A stretch of DNA of 63,985 nucleotides, the filler included, from Basidiobolus ranarum (taxonomy: Eukaryota), in NCBI GenBank assembly GCA_040143965.1. It is 5 parts of 5 records of this genome, joined end to end, with 100 filler letters (N's around TTAATTAATTAA, not from the genome) between each part and the next. Parts side by side here need not be neighbours in the genome. Positions count along the whole stretch, not along the records: positions 39,796 to 52,920 come from JASJQH010000502.1; positions 53,021 to 63,985 come from JASJQH010000650.1; 3 more parts are not named here. The stretch is one strand, 5' to 3'. Positions within the stretch are counted from its first letter, which is position 1, and every line of letters starts with the position of its first letter. Below the pieces are notes generated by a model. It was given only the letters and a program-made list of their open reading frames with translations. It had not been told where the DNA came from and did not search any database. The position numbers and the translations under genes were made by a program. Below are positions 50,313 through 63,500 of this stretch, one piece after another.

Positions 50313-51334
50313 AATTATTGCAACATTAATAAACTAACTACAAAATAATGAGTTGCTATAGAACTATTTTCAACATTCCCACTCAAATAATTATTTTGTT
50401 TCCCTCTTAAACCTAACTGATATCTTAATAATTCAAATTGTGATTTCCCTTGATTCAACAAATTTTCATGCTCTACTCTTTACATCTCTAATGATTACTG
50501 TTTCCATTGTGTCTTCATAATATTGTTTCAAACCTGGCAGCCTCTGTCAATAATTGCTGCAGAGTCTCATTGAGCAGTATTTTATATCTATCTTGAACAC
50601 CTTTGGTCTTTAAATTTGTAGCTGAAGGGTTGCTTCTGGTTCATATAGGCAGAAATGCAACTTAACTTGTAATTTGTGGAGTCAAGATTAAAATTCCTAC
50701 TTCTCAATTCATGCTTTCTGTCCTGATGAGTTATACTGTATGTTTGCTTGCATACTTCTGATATCATGAAGATAAAGTATTCTGTCCACAGCAGAGTTAA
50801 ACATTGCGACCAATTTTGCACAATGCTCCCTTCCCAATCTTCAGACAAGTTTGTAATTAGCTTTTAGACACCCAAGCAAGCATTCATTATGAATACCTGG
50901 GCATCTATTTATATATTAGTGGCATACTGCATTTCATCACCAACACACTTGTTTGACCGCATGTTCAAAATTTTCAAAGTAGTGATTTCATGTATTAAAG
51001 AAGGTTGTAAAGCAGGAGAATCACTTATGACATGATGTGTAAATACCATATAAATATGATATTTGATATTTTTGGTTCCAATCCAAACTAGGGATCATCA
51101 TATACAACTGGTTTAGATGGAAAGTTAATTTCCTAGAGTATGATCTAGCATAAAGCAATCTGCAATATACCATTTTGATACTTAGATCTTTATAATCAAC
51201 TCGGATCAAACTATAATTAACTCTGTTGATGTGATTAATCATGCAATCTTAAATACTTGAGATAATTAGGAAAACCTATGCAAACAAAAGTTTTATTGTC
51301 ACAAATGTAGTGAATTTTTTTATGATAATTATAA

Positions 51335-52600
51335 TTGTTTGATAAATATCACAAACAAACCCGATTAACACATGTCATGCCTGCCCAAGTCAAAAATATA
51401 TGCATGCTCTCAATCTACTCTAAATGGTCATTTCTCATTGATCTTAAATCAACTATTGGCTTTCCTATCACCATCTTCACAACCATATTTGAGAAAAGTG
51501 ATGGCTCATATAGCCCTTTAACTACCAGAAGCAGCTTGTCTATTTACTTGGCTAATATAGATACTATTGCTCAATCAGATTTTAAAGAACTACTAATGTA
51601 GAAAAAGGAAGAAAAAGCTTCAGCACTAGCATCTAATAAGTGATAATAATCTAACTCTAGTGATGAATGATGTTGCAGCTGCCTGGGACCATGGATTGAG
51701 TGACTCTAAACTCCTCCTCTTTCCTGGAGCTTTTTTCCCAATAGAGTTCATGAAAAAAGTATCCTTGACTCATTTCCTGCGAGAAGTAACAGACCACAAA
51801 GTAACCAAAACTATTCTACTCTGGCAAGTTCAAAACTCACTGTGTAAAGCACAAGGCTTTCACAGACTTGTATGGAAAAGTCTTTTAGTGTAGCAATCAC
51901 ATCTAGGGAGACACAGTGCCATATGGTCTGGTGTGGAGAATCTTGCACTTTTTGTAAGATATGAAAAAGCTCTGGCTGATTTGGCATATGTTAGGGACAG
52001 ATGTGATTGCCACACTAAAAGACTTTTACAGCTCACAAGAGGACCAGAGCAGGGAGACCTACAGAGAGTCAAAAGTTTTACAATGCTATTTCTTACACTT
52101 TTAGAGCAAGAGTAGAACAAAGCTTTGGCTCCCCAAAGAGATATAGCATTGTGACAGGAAAGTATGGTGAAAAATCATTTTGAGGGCATCTATCAGAGTT
52201 ATGCAAAATAGTCAAAGTATTTATTAATTATTGAAACATTCATGATCAAAGATATCCATCAAGAGCTCTTCAAAAAGGCACTATGAATAAAGCTTCCAGC
52301 ATTTTACCATATGCACTAATGTTTAAAAGCAATTTTCCAGAATCTACAACACAAGTAAAGCAACTACTTCTGAAATGGCACAAAACATTGTGGCGGATAG
52401 TGCCCCAACCTCTCCAATTTACCTAGAATATTTATCTATGCTTGGCAGCCATGTTTATTGTGATCTAAATGCATTCAAAAGTCTTATGGCATAGAAAACT
52501 CTAAAAAGGACATATGTATTGCACAATCTCACTACTTGATGGAATATCCAACTGGGTAGTGAAAAACTCCCAATGGCTAAGTTGGTAGCCATGCCAGTAT
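51335..52600 (+). mobile_element. Possible highly decayed non-LTR (LINE-like) reverse transcriptase remnant
   Basis: Fragments resemble LINE RT motifs in order: SYSPLT (YRPIS-like), FVRYEKAL (F.DFEKAF-like), TRGPEQGD (TRGVRQGD-like). CpG-poor context. Weak. Confidence 0.35.
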
Positions 52601-52920
52601 GATGTAGCTAGAAGAAGATATAGTAGTTATGATATGTTGATAGTACTGATACACTAATATGGTAAAGATTGGATAACTTAGCTAATACTCATGCTACTAT
52701 GATGTACCAATCATGACAAAAGTATAGGAAGTGTCTAAAGCTAAAATAGAAAAGATGAAAGATTGAAACACCCACCATGAGACAGGCTTGCTTCTCTCAA
52801 TCTTCAAGCATTTTAGTGTGCATAGAGTACATTTACACTGATTGAGCATATTTTTCTAATGGCAAGTATCTCTCAAGATTGGGATTCCAAGGAAATAACT
52901 TAACTTGCCCTTATTAGTTA

Positions 52921-53020
52921 NNNNNNNNNNNNNNNNNNNNNNNNNNNNNNNNNNNNNNNNNNNNTTAATTAATTAANNNNNNNNNNNNNNNNNNNNNNNN
53001 NNNNNNNNNNNNNNNNNNNN
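52921..53020. other. Assembly gap linker
   Basis: N44-TTAATTAATTAA-N44. Confidence 0.99.
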
Positions 53021-54258
53021 CTTGCAATATCTATATAAGGCTCATGTATTCCTTGATCAGACCTCAGTCTGATCAATGCCAGTTATTAATAAAGATTCTT
53101 GCCAAAGTATCTTCCTTGTCCAGTCTTGTCTTGTCTTGTCATGTGGTCTAGACCCATGTATTCTCGTGCCCTCCAGCCTCTTGTTGTTGTTTCCAGTCCT
53201 TGTCCAGTTCCTTATTGTGACAATAACCCTACTTCATTCTCCATTTATGATTGGCTAAAAATTTTTATAAATGCTTCACACTTTTATTAGGATGTTCTTC
53301 ACAGTGCAAAATGCAATACTTTGATTTTTACTCAGTATATTCCAACCAGATTCAACAACTGTTCTATGTTACATTGAGTTACTGTGTGAAGAGTAATATC
53401 TTCCTTATTGCATTGCAATAGCTGCTCAAAAAGAATCCACCATTCAATCAGCATACTTCTGCTGAGATTTTTTTAAGGCAGAGGGAACCCTATGTTGTTG
53501 TGACACTCCTGATTTAGTTTTGGCTGAGTGTTCTCCTGATTGGCCATACTTAGTTCAAGTCTTGTCAGTTTTGCAAAAATGCAAAATAGGCTGGTTCTGA
53601 TTGCAGCCCTACTTGAAAAGTGAAATACTCCTCTATAGCTTCTGAATACTTATTCCTGTTTTTGCAGTTGACACCACTGATGGTTGTTTATGATTTACTG
53701 GTGGTACACTACTTTCATCAGCAGAAATGTAAATATCTACACTTTCCAAAAACTGAGAGTAGGAGCTGCTAACTGTCAATTATGACTTAGCTTGTGATTA
53801 TCCTTTGGCTGCCTGGTGGGTTTGAGTTTAATTTTTGGACTGCTATGCTGAGTGTGGCTTATTTTGCTGTCTAGCTAGAGTATGTGGGTTTGCTTCCACC
53901 GCAGGCTTCTTGGCAGTGTTAGAGCAGCTCCCTAACTGGAAAGGTTCATGAGCTATATTCTCTTGTTGCTCACTTTAGGATGGGGCTTTAACCACAGTCA
54001 GAGCCTTTGCTCTGGCACACTTGTACCCTTACATATTCTACATATGCTCTAAGAAAAGGCCACCTGTTGCCCACTAGGAATTGATGCTCAGAAACCCAAG
54101 ATAAGCAGCATGAAATGGTCCATTAATGACTGTGCTACCCCTGGCCTCTGCTCTTTTGTGGTTTTTTTGTGATCAATACTATCTCTGGCCATATTTTTTA
54201 TGGTATTCTTGATTTTCTGCAACCCTTTCTCTGATAATCAGCATTTTCTGGTAAACCA

Positions 54259-55300
54259 ATGAGTTCAAGCCACCAACTTCTCTATTTCTCCCAACCACTT
54301 CTGACAGCCCCCAATTACTTTAATAGGTTATTAGCCCTGAGCTCACACTCTCTGTACTGTCTACATCTCAAATTTCTGGAAGTTTTTCCTCTTCTGAAAA
54401 ATTGGATGGAACCAATTATTAGTTATTTCCATACAGGGAAATATCTTAGTGGAATATTAGATAACTCAAAAGTAAGCTATATCAGACTAAATCAGTGCTT
54501 AGGCTTTGCTTATTCTAAGAGAGAGCTGTATCAGTCTCTGATATTGGTCTGATCTACTCAAATGGTAGGTTCTGTGGGGGTGCCTAAATATATTATAAAC
54601 AAAAATACTAGCACTATATGGCTTAGTTATAGCATTGAATATTTACATAATAGTCCATATAAAGTACACATGTTTATATAATTTTCACAACATATTTTCT
54701 TTTGGTGGTGGGTTTATTTAACTTTAAACCTTACCTCCTCATTCGAGATGGGATTGTAATTGCAAATTATGATGAAGTGAAGTTTTGTCAGTTGCTCTCT
54801 GATATTTCAAACTCCATTTCTCACAAGGTAAGTTGAGAGTAGATTCAGTTTGATAAAACATAAAGGATGTTGAAGATAGTGAGGATGAGATATAAGGTTG
54901 TGCCATGCTCAACAAAAATTGAGGATGTTGTACATTGTGAAAGAAGCTATCATTAGCCCATGGACATTTGGTAGCACTTGAGCTTATGAAATTTCCAGGT
55001 TTTAATTGCAAAGTCCATCATTTATATTAAGTTTGGAATAGTTAGGGCAATACATCAACAGGAATTTTCTTATCTGATTACAATTCTTTAAATTTGTAGG
55101 TAGCATTGCATACACTAGCATGAGTCTAAGATATCTCCACAACAAAATTATTGGCAATAGCAAAGGGATGTTCTGGCTAAACACTTGATAGATGTTGTTT
55201 CATATTTATCAGATAAGTGCAGTGAGTTAAAATCAGAGGAAATATTTACCTGTAAGAGGTACATATTTCATGCTGTATAATATGTGTTGCAACTTTGCAA
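54259..55300 (+). mobile_element. Decayed Ty3/Gypsy-like pre-integrase and integrase remnants
   Basis: NWMEPIISYFHTGKY...ELYQ resembles the Gypsy W..PI..YL..G...LYR segment; LAHGH-like Zn-finger remnant at ~54950. Possible gag/protease debris on the minus strand at 53300-54100. Confidence 0.5.
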
Positions 55301-55884
55301 TATTAAGGTTGGGTAAACCAGATCAAATGTCATATCTTTTTTCTGCTTAATGATAACTGGATATGTAAAGAAAAGAAAAGTTGTTGTGTTCTTGACCCAC
55401 AGTTTAACTAGAATAATTGTGCCATAAATAATAATCATTACCAATTCTATATAGATCTAAGTATGTCAAATTTGGACACTACACTATTTGTCATTATAGT
55501 TTCTAGCTCTGGTGATCGAAAAACAGTTGGAGCATGTAACTTGAAACTAATCATCACCACTAGCATGATATCAATCATTATCATCTTAAGCTAAGAACCA
55601 ACCATTCTGGGTCTTATGAAATTAGTCTCCTTCATGCACTTGTATTGAACTGGAAGGTTGCTGTATTGTGGGCATCTTAAAATTTGCTCTCATTGATCTT
55701 TATTTTTAGAGTTAAATATGTATCATACATGCTTGCTGGTTTCTTAGATCTTGGAGCTGCATGGTGCTATTTCAGTATATGAGAAATATTGCCATCAGCG
55801 ACTGTTTGTGGTAATTAAAATATAGGTTAGACTGACTACATCATTCACTTGTCAAAGCACAATGCTTACATCAACTGTATATTT

Positions 55885-56231
55885 GGTTGAGATTAGCATT
55901 GCCTATATACATATATAGTCATATATAGCTTAGTATTTAGTTATCCTATATTGAATCAAGATAGCACCCATTATTCTCATGAGGAATTTACTTAGAGTAT
56001 TCTACCAACTTAGAAGTTCTCAGATATATAGACTTTTCAGAGTTGTGCTAGCAGTCCCAAGCTTTGCTCACATGTTCATGGGACCTTCACTAACATATTC
56101 TACATATTTTTTTGTTGACATCTTGACAGAAGTACAAATGTCAACTGAATACTCAATAGATCAATAACCAAACACCACTAATTTGTATAATTCTTCAAAC
56201 CACTTCCAACAGGCTTCCAAATACTTTAACA
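55885..56231. mobile_element. Solo LTR, family 1, inverted relative to 12616-12964, with near-perfect 5-bp TSD
   Basis: 347 bp, (G)GTTGAGATTAGC...ATACTTTAACA; flanks TATTT/TATTC. Confidence 0.8.
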
Positions 56232-57699
56232 TATTCAAGCACAATGAGAATTCAACACCAATAATTAGAAAATGGAGATTTCTATATTATCATAGGATTC
56301 CCAAGTGGGTGAGTGATGGTCTAGGGAGGGTGATGACGGAAGGATTCATATCTCAGTATGGCTATTGAATAGATGAAACATTGTTGATATGAATGTTTAA
56401 CGACCAATACGACGTACGTGACTGAAAACCTGCAGTGTATGAAGGACAAAATGAGCAAAGAAATGAGTTTAAATTAATTTCTTTGGAGAAACATGAATAA
56501 ATTCAACCGCTTCGTGACCATCTATATATTTAGAGCATCAACTAGCTTCCTACCACCATATTGCATCAGCGCCCACCGAATTGAGCGCAGGAAATATCCG
56601 TTGGCGAACTATTTCGTACCTAACTAGTATTCCATATTGACTATTGCGGTGCAATTCAGGTTAAGAGATGTTTCACAGTCACCCTTTCCAATGCTGATTT
56701 GATCTCACCTCCTTCGATTGTCTGATGCTTATCATTCTCTCCATCTGCGAAGCTACAGTTGCTGATATTGTCCTCCAACCCTGTTCATCAGCTGCAGCGG
56801 TTTCCACAAGCGGAATATGTGCACTGTGCGGTAACTTTTCAATTCGGTGTTTTCTGAGCGCCATGCTTCATCAATACAAATCCGTTCAAGAGCATGCTAA
56901 CTAATGCAATCTGTCCAAAAACTAAAATAGGCTACAGCAAACTAAACCACATCTTGGCCAGTGGTTTGTCTCAGTGTGTCTAATTTGATCTCGGCTGATA
57001 GTTCTGGAACTATAGTTCCTGTGTGTCTGACGATGGTTGTCACGATGTGGATGAACTGAATACGAAGATCAATTGGCTGCATGCGAGCAATCACCACAAT
57101 AACTTGATTGATTAAAATACCTGCTAATGATGTGTGATGACACGGACTGCTTTTTAACTCCATTCAACACGTGTTGATGTCGATCTGAGTGTGACCAACC
57201 TCCGCACAATAACGAATCGCCATGATTTGGAAGGTCACGTCATATTATATTACAAGTAGTGAATCGCTGAACCCTAAACACAATTGAACCCCTTCAGAGT
57301 CAACCTTTACTTGTGTTGGTCTCACTTCAATAACGTTTCGGGAAGTTAACTAAATTCTATGAATCATCATGAGATATTTCATCTTGAGACTGTAGTAGAT
57401 AATTTACTGGAGTTTTGCGAAGAATGTCCAGGAATTCACCTGAATGTTGTCAATACCATAGAGATCTTGCCCAGGCTGTTTGTAGCAGTTAATCAATTCT
57501 CCAGATGCTATGTATGAGCGAGCGTAAAGTTGGTGAGGATAGAATTTTTATTGAAATTTACGATTATTTTACATTTCCTGATATAGAGGTAGGAGTAGGA
57601 ATATATGGCTAAAAAGATATGAACAAAACTGGTCAGGATAGCTGAGATATCGAGGAGTGCGGGTCAACTGAGAATGCACGGGGATAAGAAGTGGGGTAC

Positions 57700-60597
57700 T
57701 TAATGTTCTGACTTTTCCGCCGGGATAGCCGAATGTTGGACACCTAGTGGCTGATATTGATGCATGTTGGAAACTCGGGCCATCTGAAGCATGAAATCTT
57801 CCAAGTTTCTATTCTTCTTTGCTTTGGGTGACTTACCATGGACAATACGGTCAAATGCAACTGAATTAGACAATACCATATATACCAATGCCATGACACA
57901 GAACACTCCGAATGAGAACAACCAGATACGGACAACGGTGACAATGTCAGTATGGGTACCTGAGAACCATCCGAAAATAGCGAAGAGTGATGCAAGAATA
58001 TCCACTACAAATACAGCCCCTGCTAGTTGCCATGATGGTAAGCTACCAAAGAACGATGTGCTCAAACGGGTGATGAAAATCAACCAATTCTCCGTCAACA
58101 CGACCTCTAAGAACATAACTTCCTGAGAACCGCCATAGTTTTGAATGACACCCTGGCCTTGAACAAGAGTGGTTGTGAAGATGACCCAAGTACCGGCAGC
58201 TAGAATGATTCCCATGATAAGCGATAAGCCCCAAATCTTTGGGATGTTCCATTTGACTGGTGTGAGTGAGTATGGTGCGTTATCATAGGCTACCATGAGT
58301 GTGGCTATGTCTGCAAAGATGGCGATGAATACCACAAGCTCTACATTGATTGTCTGGTCAAGGATTACCATGGTGGAGGTCAAGAAGATTTCAAGATGGA
58401 GTGATAACGCGATACGGTAAACGATGTATGCATACATACGATGGAAAATTTGACGAGAGGTTTTGATTGCATCAATGATAACTCCAAGACCAGGGGCCAA
58501 GAATACAATATCGGCTGCACTACGGGCTGCATCGCTAGATCCCTCCACAGCAATACCGGTATCGGCTTTCTTCAGTGATGGTGCATCGTTAACTCCATCT
58601 CCAGTCATGGCTACAAGGTAACCACGCTTCTGGAGTATGTCAACTGCATGGTATTTGTGCTCAGGGAATACTTCAGCAAAGCCATCAGCGGCTTCAACAA
58701 AATCGTACAACTCAGAGCCGGTCATATCACCAGAGCCAGAAGCACCTCCTTGAGTCATACCAAGTTTGTCAGCGTTGTAAATGTTTGTTCCCATGCGCAA
58801 TTGGCGTGCTGTTTCCTTAGCAATGCCTACTGCATCACCAGTAAGCATTTTCACCTTAAGACCAAGTTCTTGTGCATCCGCGATTGTCTTGGCAGTATCA
58901 TACCGTGGAGGATCAAAGAGTGGTAAGATACCCATAATCTGCCATCCGTTAGCTGGTGTATACCAAGCAATACCTAAGCTTCTGAAACCACGATCTGCGA
59001 ACTCAGAAACGACTTCCTCGTATTTGTGTGCAATTGCTGGATCCAGGTTGCTCTGTTGCTGGACCATGCGAAGAACAAATGGTGGTGCGCCTTTGACAGC
59101 AGTGCAGTAGTTTCCTTGTGGGTCAATCACCTTTGCTACAACCATCTTGGATACTGGATCGAAGGGTTGGAATTCTTGAATACGATACTCTCTCATCTTT
59201 CTGCGAGCTTGGGGATATTTTCCTAATGCTTTGATCACCGCTTTGTCGATGGCATCCATACCCTTCTTCTTGCGAGAAGCTGCCAATGCTGAGACAAATA
59301 TCAACATCTCACTATCAACTCCATCCACACAGAAGGGCTCATGAAGGGTGAGTTTGTTTTGTGTGAGTGTTCCTGTTTTGTCGGAGCACAAAATTTCGAC
59401 ACCAGCAAGTGACTCAATGGCGGTAAGCTTCTGAACAATTGCCTTTTTCTTGGCCAAAAATGCTGCTCCTACAGCCATAGTGGTGGTTACAACCGCGGGA
59501 AGACCGACTGGGACACCAATTACTGTGATAACCAAAGTGTATTCCAATAACTTTACAATACCAGTTGAGCGATAAAATCCTGAGATCCAGATGATGAGCA
59601 ACCATATTACTACAAGCACAAGAAGTACAGTTCCAATGCCATTGATTACTTCAGTGAAGTGACCAACACCGTGAGATTTGCCAGCAAGGGTAGCTGCGCG
59701 TCCGACGAATGTCTTCTCTCCAATTGCTGTCACAACGGCATAGGCTCTACCACGTTTGATAGATGAACTACTGAATAGATTGTCGCCTGGCCCCTTTGAA
59801 GCTGCCAATGACTCTCCTGTAAGTGCTGATTGATCTACTTGCAGACGGGCATCGTCGCCAAGTACTCTTGCGTCAGCTGGAACAATACTACCATCTTCAA
59901 CTAGAATGATATCTCCCGGTACCAAAGTGTTGGCCTCGACTTCCTTCTCTTGTCCATCTCTCACTGCTACTGCCGAGAGAGCTAATGTTTGTTTCAGCTG
60001 GTCAATGATATTACCAGCCTGATATTCCTGGATGAATCCAACGAATGCGTTTAGTAGGAGTAGCCCTATGATCACCCCGAGATCTACCCAATCCTGGAGA
60101 CCACCGGCAAGGCAAGCAGCTACCCACATGACATACTGGATAGGACCACAAAAGAACATGAAGAACTTGACAATCTTGTTCTCTTTTTCATGAGAGAGTT
60201 GATTGAGACCATATTTCTTCCTTCGTACCTCGATCTCTTCCGAAGTCAATCCCTGTCGGGGATCAGTCTGCAACAGCTCTTCAGGAATAGTCACTTCCCT
60301 AGGGCCATTCTCTTCATTGTCGTCTTCCTCTGGTATATCCTCTTCGTCACTCCAGTCGTAGTCACTCATGACCGAGATAGCAGCCGTTGATTGTTGGGTG
60401 TCTTTTTTGGTTAATGGAGCAGTGGGTAAAAGATTGCTACCTCCTTGATTGGCTGGAGCCATCTCGTTTTCAGCAAATGTAGCATCAGTTCCAGATGAGC
60501 CTTCACGGTTTGGCTGGCGATCGGGGACAGGTTGATCAGCTTGAAATTGAACCGAGTTCTGGTTTGCGGAAGTATCAAGGTCTTTCTTTTCAGACAT
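57700..60597 (-). CDS. PMA1: Plasma-membrane H+-ATPase (P3A), intronless, 965 aa
   Basis: [14 protein letters not shown], phosphorylation motif [54 protein letters not shown]. Confidence 0.97.
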   Translation of the reverse strand: MSEKKDLDTSANQNSVQFQADQPVPDRQPNREGSSGTDATFAENEMAPANQGGSNLLPTAPLTKKDTQQSTAAISVMSDYDWSDEEDIPEEDDNEENGPREVTIPEELLQTDPRQGLTSEEIEVRRKKYGLNQLSHEKENKIVKFFMFFCGPIQYVMWVAACLAGGLQDWVDLGVIIGLLLLNAFVGFIQEYQAGNIIDQLKQTLALSAVAVRDGQEKEVEANTLVPGDIILVEDGSIVPADARVLGDDARLQVDQSALTGESLAASKGPGDNLFSSSSIKRGRAYAVVTAIGEKTFVGRAATLAGKSHGVGHFTEVINGIGTVLLVLVVIWLLIIWISGFYRSTGIVKLLEYTLVITVIGVPVGLPAVVTTTMAVGAAFLAKKKAIVQKLTAIESLAGVEILCSDKTGTLTQNKLTLHEPFCVDGVDSEMLIFVSALAASRKKKGMDAIDKAVIKALGKYPQARRKMREYRIQEFQPFDPVSKMVVAKVIDPQGNYCTAVKGAPPFVLRMVQQQSNLDPAIAHKYEEVVSEFADRGFRSLGIAWYTPANGWQIMGILPLFDPPRYDTAKTIADAQELGLKVKMLTGDAVGIAKETARQLRMGTNIYNADKLGMTQGGASGSGDMTGSELYDFVEAADGFAEVFPEHKYHAVDILQKRGYLVAMTGDGVNDAPSLKKADTGIAVEGSSDAARSAADIVFLAPGLGVIIDAIKTSRQIFHRMYAYIVYRIALSLHLEIFLTSTMVILDQTINVELVVFIAIFADIATLMVAYDNAPYSLTPVKWNIPKIWGLSLIMGIILAAGTWVIFTTTLVQGQGVIQNYGGSQEVMFLEVVLTENWLIFITRLSTSFFGSLPSWQLAGAVFVVDILASLFAIFGWFSGTHTDIVTVVRIWLFSFGVFCVMALVYMVLSNSVAFDRIVHGKSPKAKKNRNLEDFMLQMARVSNMHQYQPLGVQHSAIPAEKSEH

Positions 60598-63500
60598 CTT
60601 TCTCTGTGATAAGAGATAGTTATCAAACTAAAACTGTATGAAAGGAAAGTTGATTGGAATTAGAAGTAACTAAATTGGAATGAAAGCGGATATAGTGAAG
60701 TAGAGGAGTTGGTGGGTTTATATAGGGATTGGAAGTCTGGAGTGATTTGAATGCAGACACTGATCCGAAATAGAGGCATCGTCTATTGTTGATTAACTAT
60801 GCACATTCATTCATATTCTAACTGGATGATTCCTCATTGAACCGAAGTACATACTCCTAAAACATTTTTCGCTCAAACTCCATTCACTGAAAATGTACTG
60901 ATGAATGTGGATATAATAGCACCATTTGTGCCGTTTACACCAAATCAAACAATCCTTGGATTCACTGGCATTGTGATATGAAATTTATCTCGTTTAGAAC
61001 AGATCTAAAATTACATGTCATACGCTCAATTGGCTCAATGTCTGATCACCCGGCTTCTACCTCAAAAAGAGTCCAGTTCTGTGATGAATGCTTGGATGGG
61101 ATTCAGATTATTATCGTGTGTGGTGATAGAAAACCCCTTGCTCCATAGTAGTGATTTGGCTCAGGCGGTTCAGGCAGTAAAGAATAATTGTGACCAAGGT
61201 TGCATTTGCATCATGATCTATCTATATTTAGACAAGTGTGACTTACTCCTGCCAACATGGTGCAAAATTTCCACTTCGGGAATAATATGTCCTCGTATGA
61301 GCAGTTGCGTAGTTAAGGTTCTGGACACTCTGGAATGAGATGAAGCTACTCAAACATACAACGCTCTCGTTGAAGCCAACCAGAGCGTCGACGATGCTTC
61401 TGAACATTAGTTGCGCAGTACGGTATAAATTGTGTTTCCACTTCTACAGTGTATGGGATTCCGAATGAGACGTCGGACCGATCGATGAGGTTTCTGGTCG
61501 GATGAGATCTTTTCCGAGCTGCTTGGATAAACCTGAAGTTGGATGAGATGGGGTTAATCTAAAAAACGTAAATTACCAGGGCGTAAGATTCACCAATTCG
61601 GCTCCGAATTCAAAGTCGCTTCAAATGCAATATTCCGGGCCGAATTTCGATTCTAAAACGCTACGTAATGAAGTGACAAGTTAGATACTCCTATGACCTA
61701 ACAATAGAAACCCTATTACCAATGGTCTCCATTGAAATTTAACAAGCGCGGATATTTATCGATTAAGCATGTTTAGATCTAATTAGGAAATTTATTCACC
61801 AGATACCTCATCCTCAAACCATTTGGATAATGTATTTTGCCATGGTGGTGTTATCACTATTGCCCTGGGTCAAGATTGATAATGATTTGCCAGCAGTCGG
61901 GCCAGATTTCGTCGGGATACGGATTACCATGTCCTAATACATTATGGATGAAGGTGGTAGAGACAGTCGGTTTGATCTTACTTAGTATTGGCCGACATGG
62001 TACAAGTTATGGGGCTTTCTTGACTCCTTAGACAATTCCACACTTTCCTCAGTTTGTATCGGCGTCATGAAACCATTTCCAGCATCTTGAGTATGAGCGA
62101 TTCTATCGGTACAATCGCTCAGTCAGTAAGAGACGAAAGCTTTCCGGCTTGGGTGTGCTCTTACAGTAACGAGCCCTTAGCTTAAGCTTTGGGTTCAAGC
62201 TATGTGGTACATGCTGAGCTCCAACCTTGGAAGTGTAGTGGATCCCTTGGAGACTGCGTCATTCCTCTAAAACTGGGCATACTTTAAACTTAAGCTTTAA
62301 GGCATAAATGAGTTCTTAAACGCTAATCTGTCTCACTAAATTTTGAATGATAAAATGAGGATTTGGGTTCAATCAGTGGCGAATGGGTCCAATGAAATTG
62401 CTATTAGCGAATGATGTTGCGTTGCGAGATGTGTCAGAGATTGGATTTTCAATGAAATCTCAATTCATCATTCAAGGTGAATTAATAGAATTCGACCGAT
62501 ATAGCGCAGATATACTTAGTTCATTGGAATAGAAACTAAGGATCTTCTCATCCATCAAAACTAGTAGAGCGAACTATGACGGGGCCACATTAAATTGGGT
62601 ACAAACACTAAGAGCCTTCACGAGCTCGGCAATAAAAACAAACTTTAGCAATGATGCCATTCACGGTAATGGGATTCAATATGTACTAGACTAAGGTTTT
62701 TGCTTTCCGAATTAATTTTGCACTCCTTAATAGATTGATATCTAGACGCTAAGCTGGTGAAGCAGGTCTGAATGAGTTTGCCATCGCTATTCTGACCGGA
62801 TTCACTTGTTCAGAGTGCATATGGTATATTGTCATTGGTTTGATATTATTCTCTGGTTACACTGCATATGTGCCGATGGGGAAGGCACAACAATCTATTT
62901 TCCCAATCAAGGCATCTTGACTTCTACGAAGGTGGCAGTCGAATGAGGTCTTGGGAGCACCCATGTCATTTTTGGTTTCATGGGGAGTCAAGTGAGCATC
63001 CCGTCTCTGGGGCAGTTGGAAAGTTAAAGATACTATCTATGGTGCTCATTGTGTTGCCGGAGTACCGCACATGACATGATCCAAGACTGATACAAGGTGC
63101 CTTATTGTGCTTCCTCTGTGGTAAAATGTATCAGGGTTGTGTTGGAATAAATCACAATCACATTGATAAATCACCTATTTTGCTTAGTTCCAGCAACAAA
63201 CAAGCAGTCCAATCCTCAATGTGTAAACATGCACCATGTAATTTACTACTAACACAAATCCACTTCGCATAATCAACGACATTATGTTGGTTGGTATTTC
63301 GTATGCCAATGCTAGAGCTTATGTCTGATCTACACCTCCTGTTGACGACATGCATTTCTACATTCCAACAGAGCTTGCATACAACAAGGATCAAATTACC
63401 GATAAATGGGTAAGCTTTCAAGCCAGACTATCAGGAAGAATTGTCAGAGGTTCTTGATCATGACATGGATAAGACATCATAAATATATTAATGGATTGTT

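Larger units (their letters stand above)
45698..50375 (-). mobile_element. Full-length decayed Ty1/copia copy C with LTRs 49849-50375 (5') and 45698-46039 (3')
   Basis: gag MSVST...EKFDGEDFYLWKFK, RLYLRQKLF; IN DLCGPM, SDIGGDY; RT YVDDL; RNase H GYSDAD, STTEAEYMAA. Both LTRs have TG...CA ends; purine tract next to the 3' LTR. Confidence 0.92.

Noticed and set aside
56679-57225. Minus-strand short ORFs downstream of PMA1
   Set aside because: No convincing splice model or recognisable domain.
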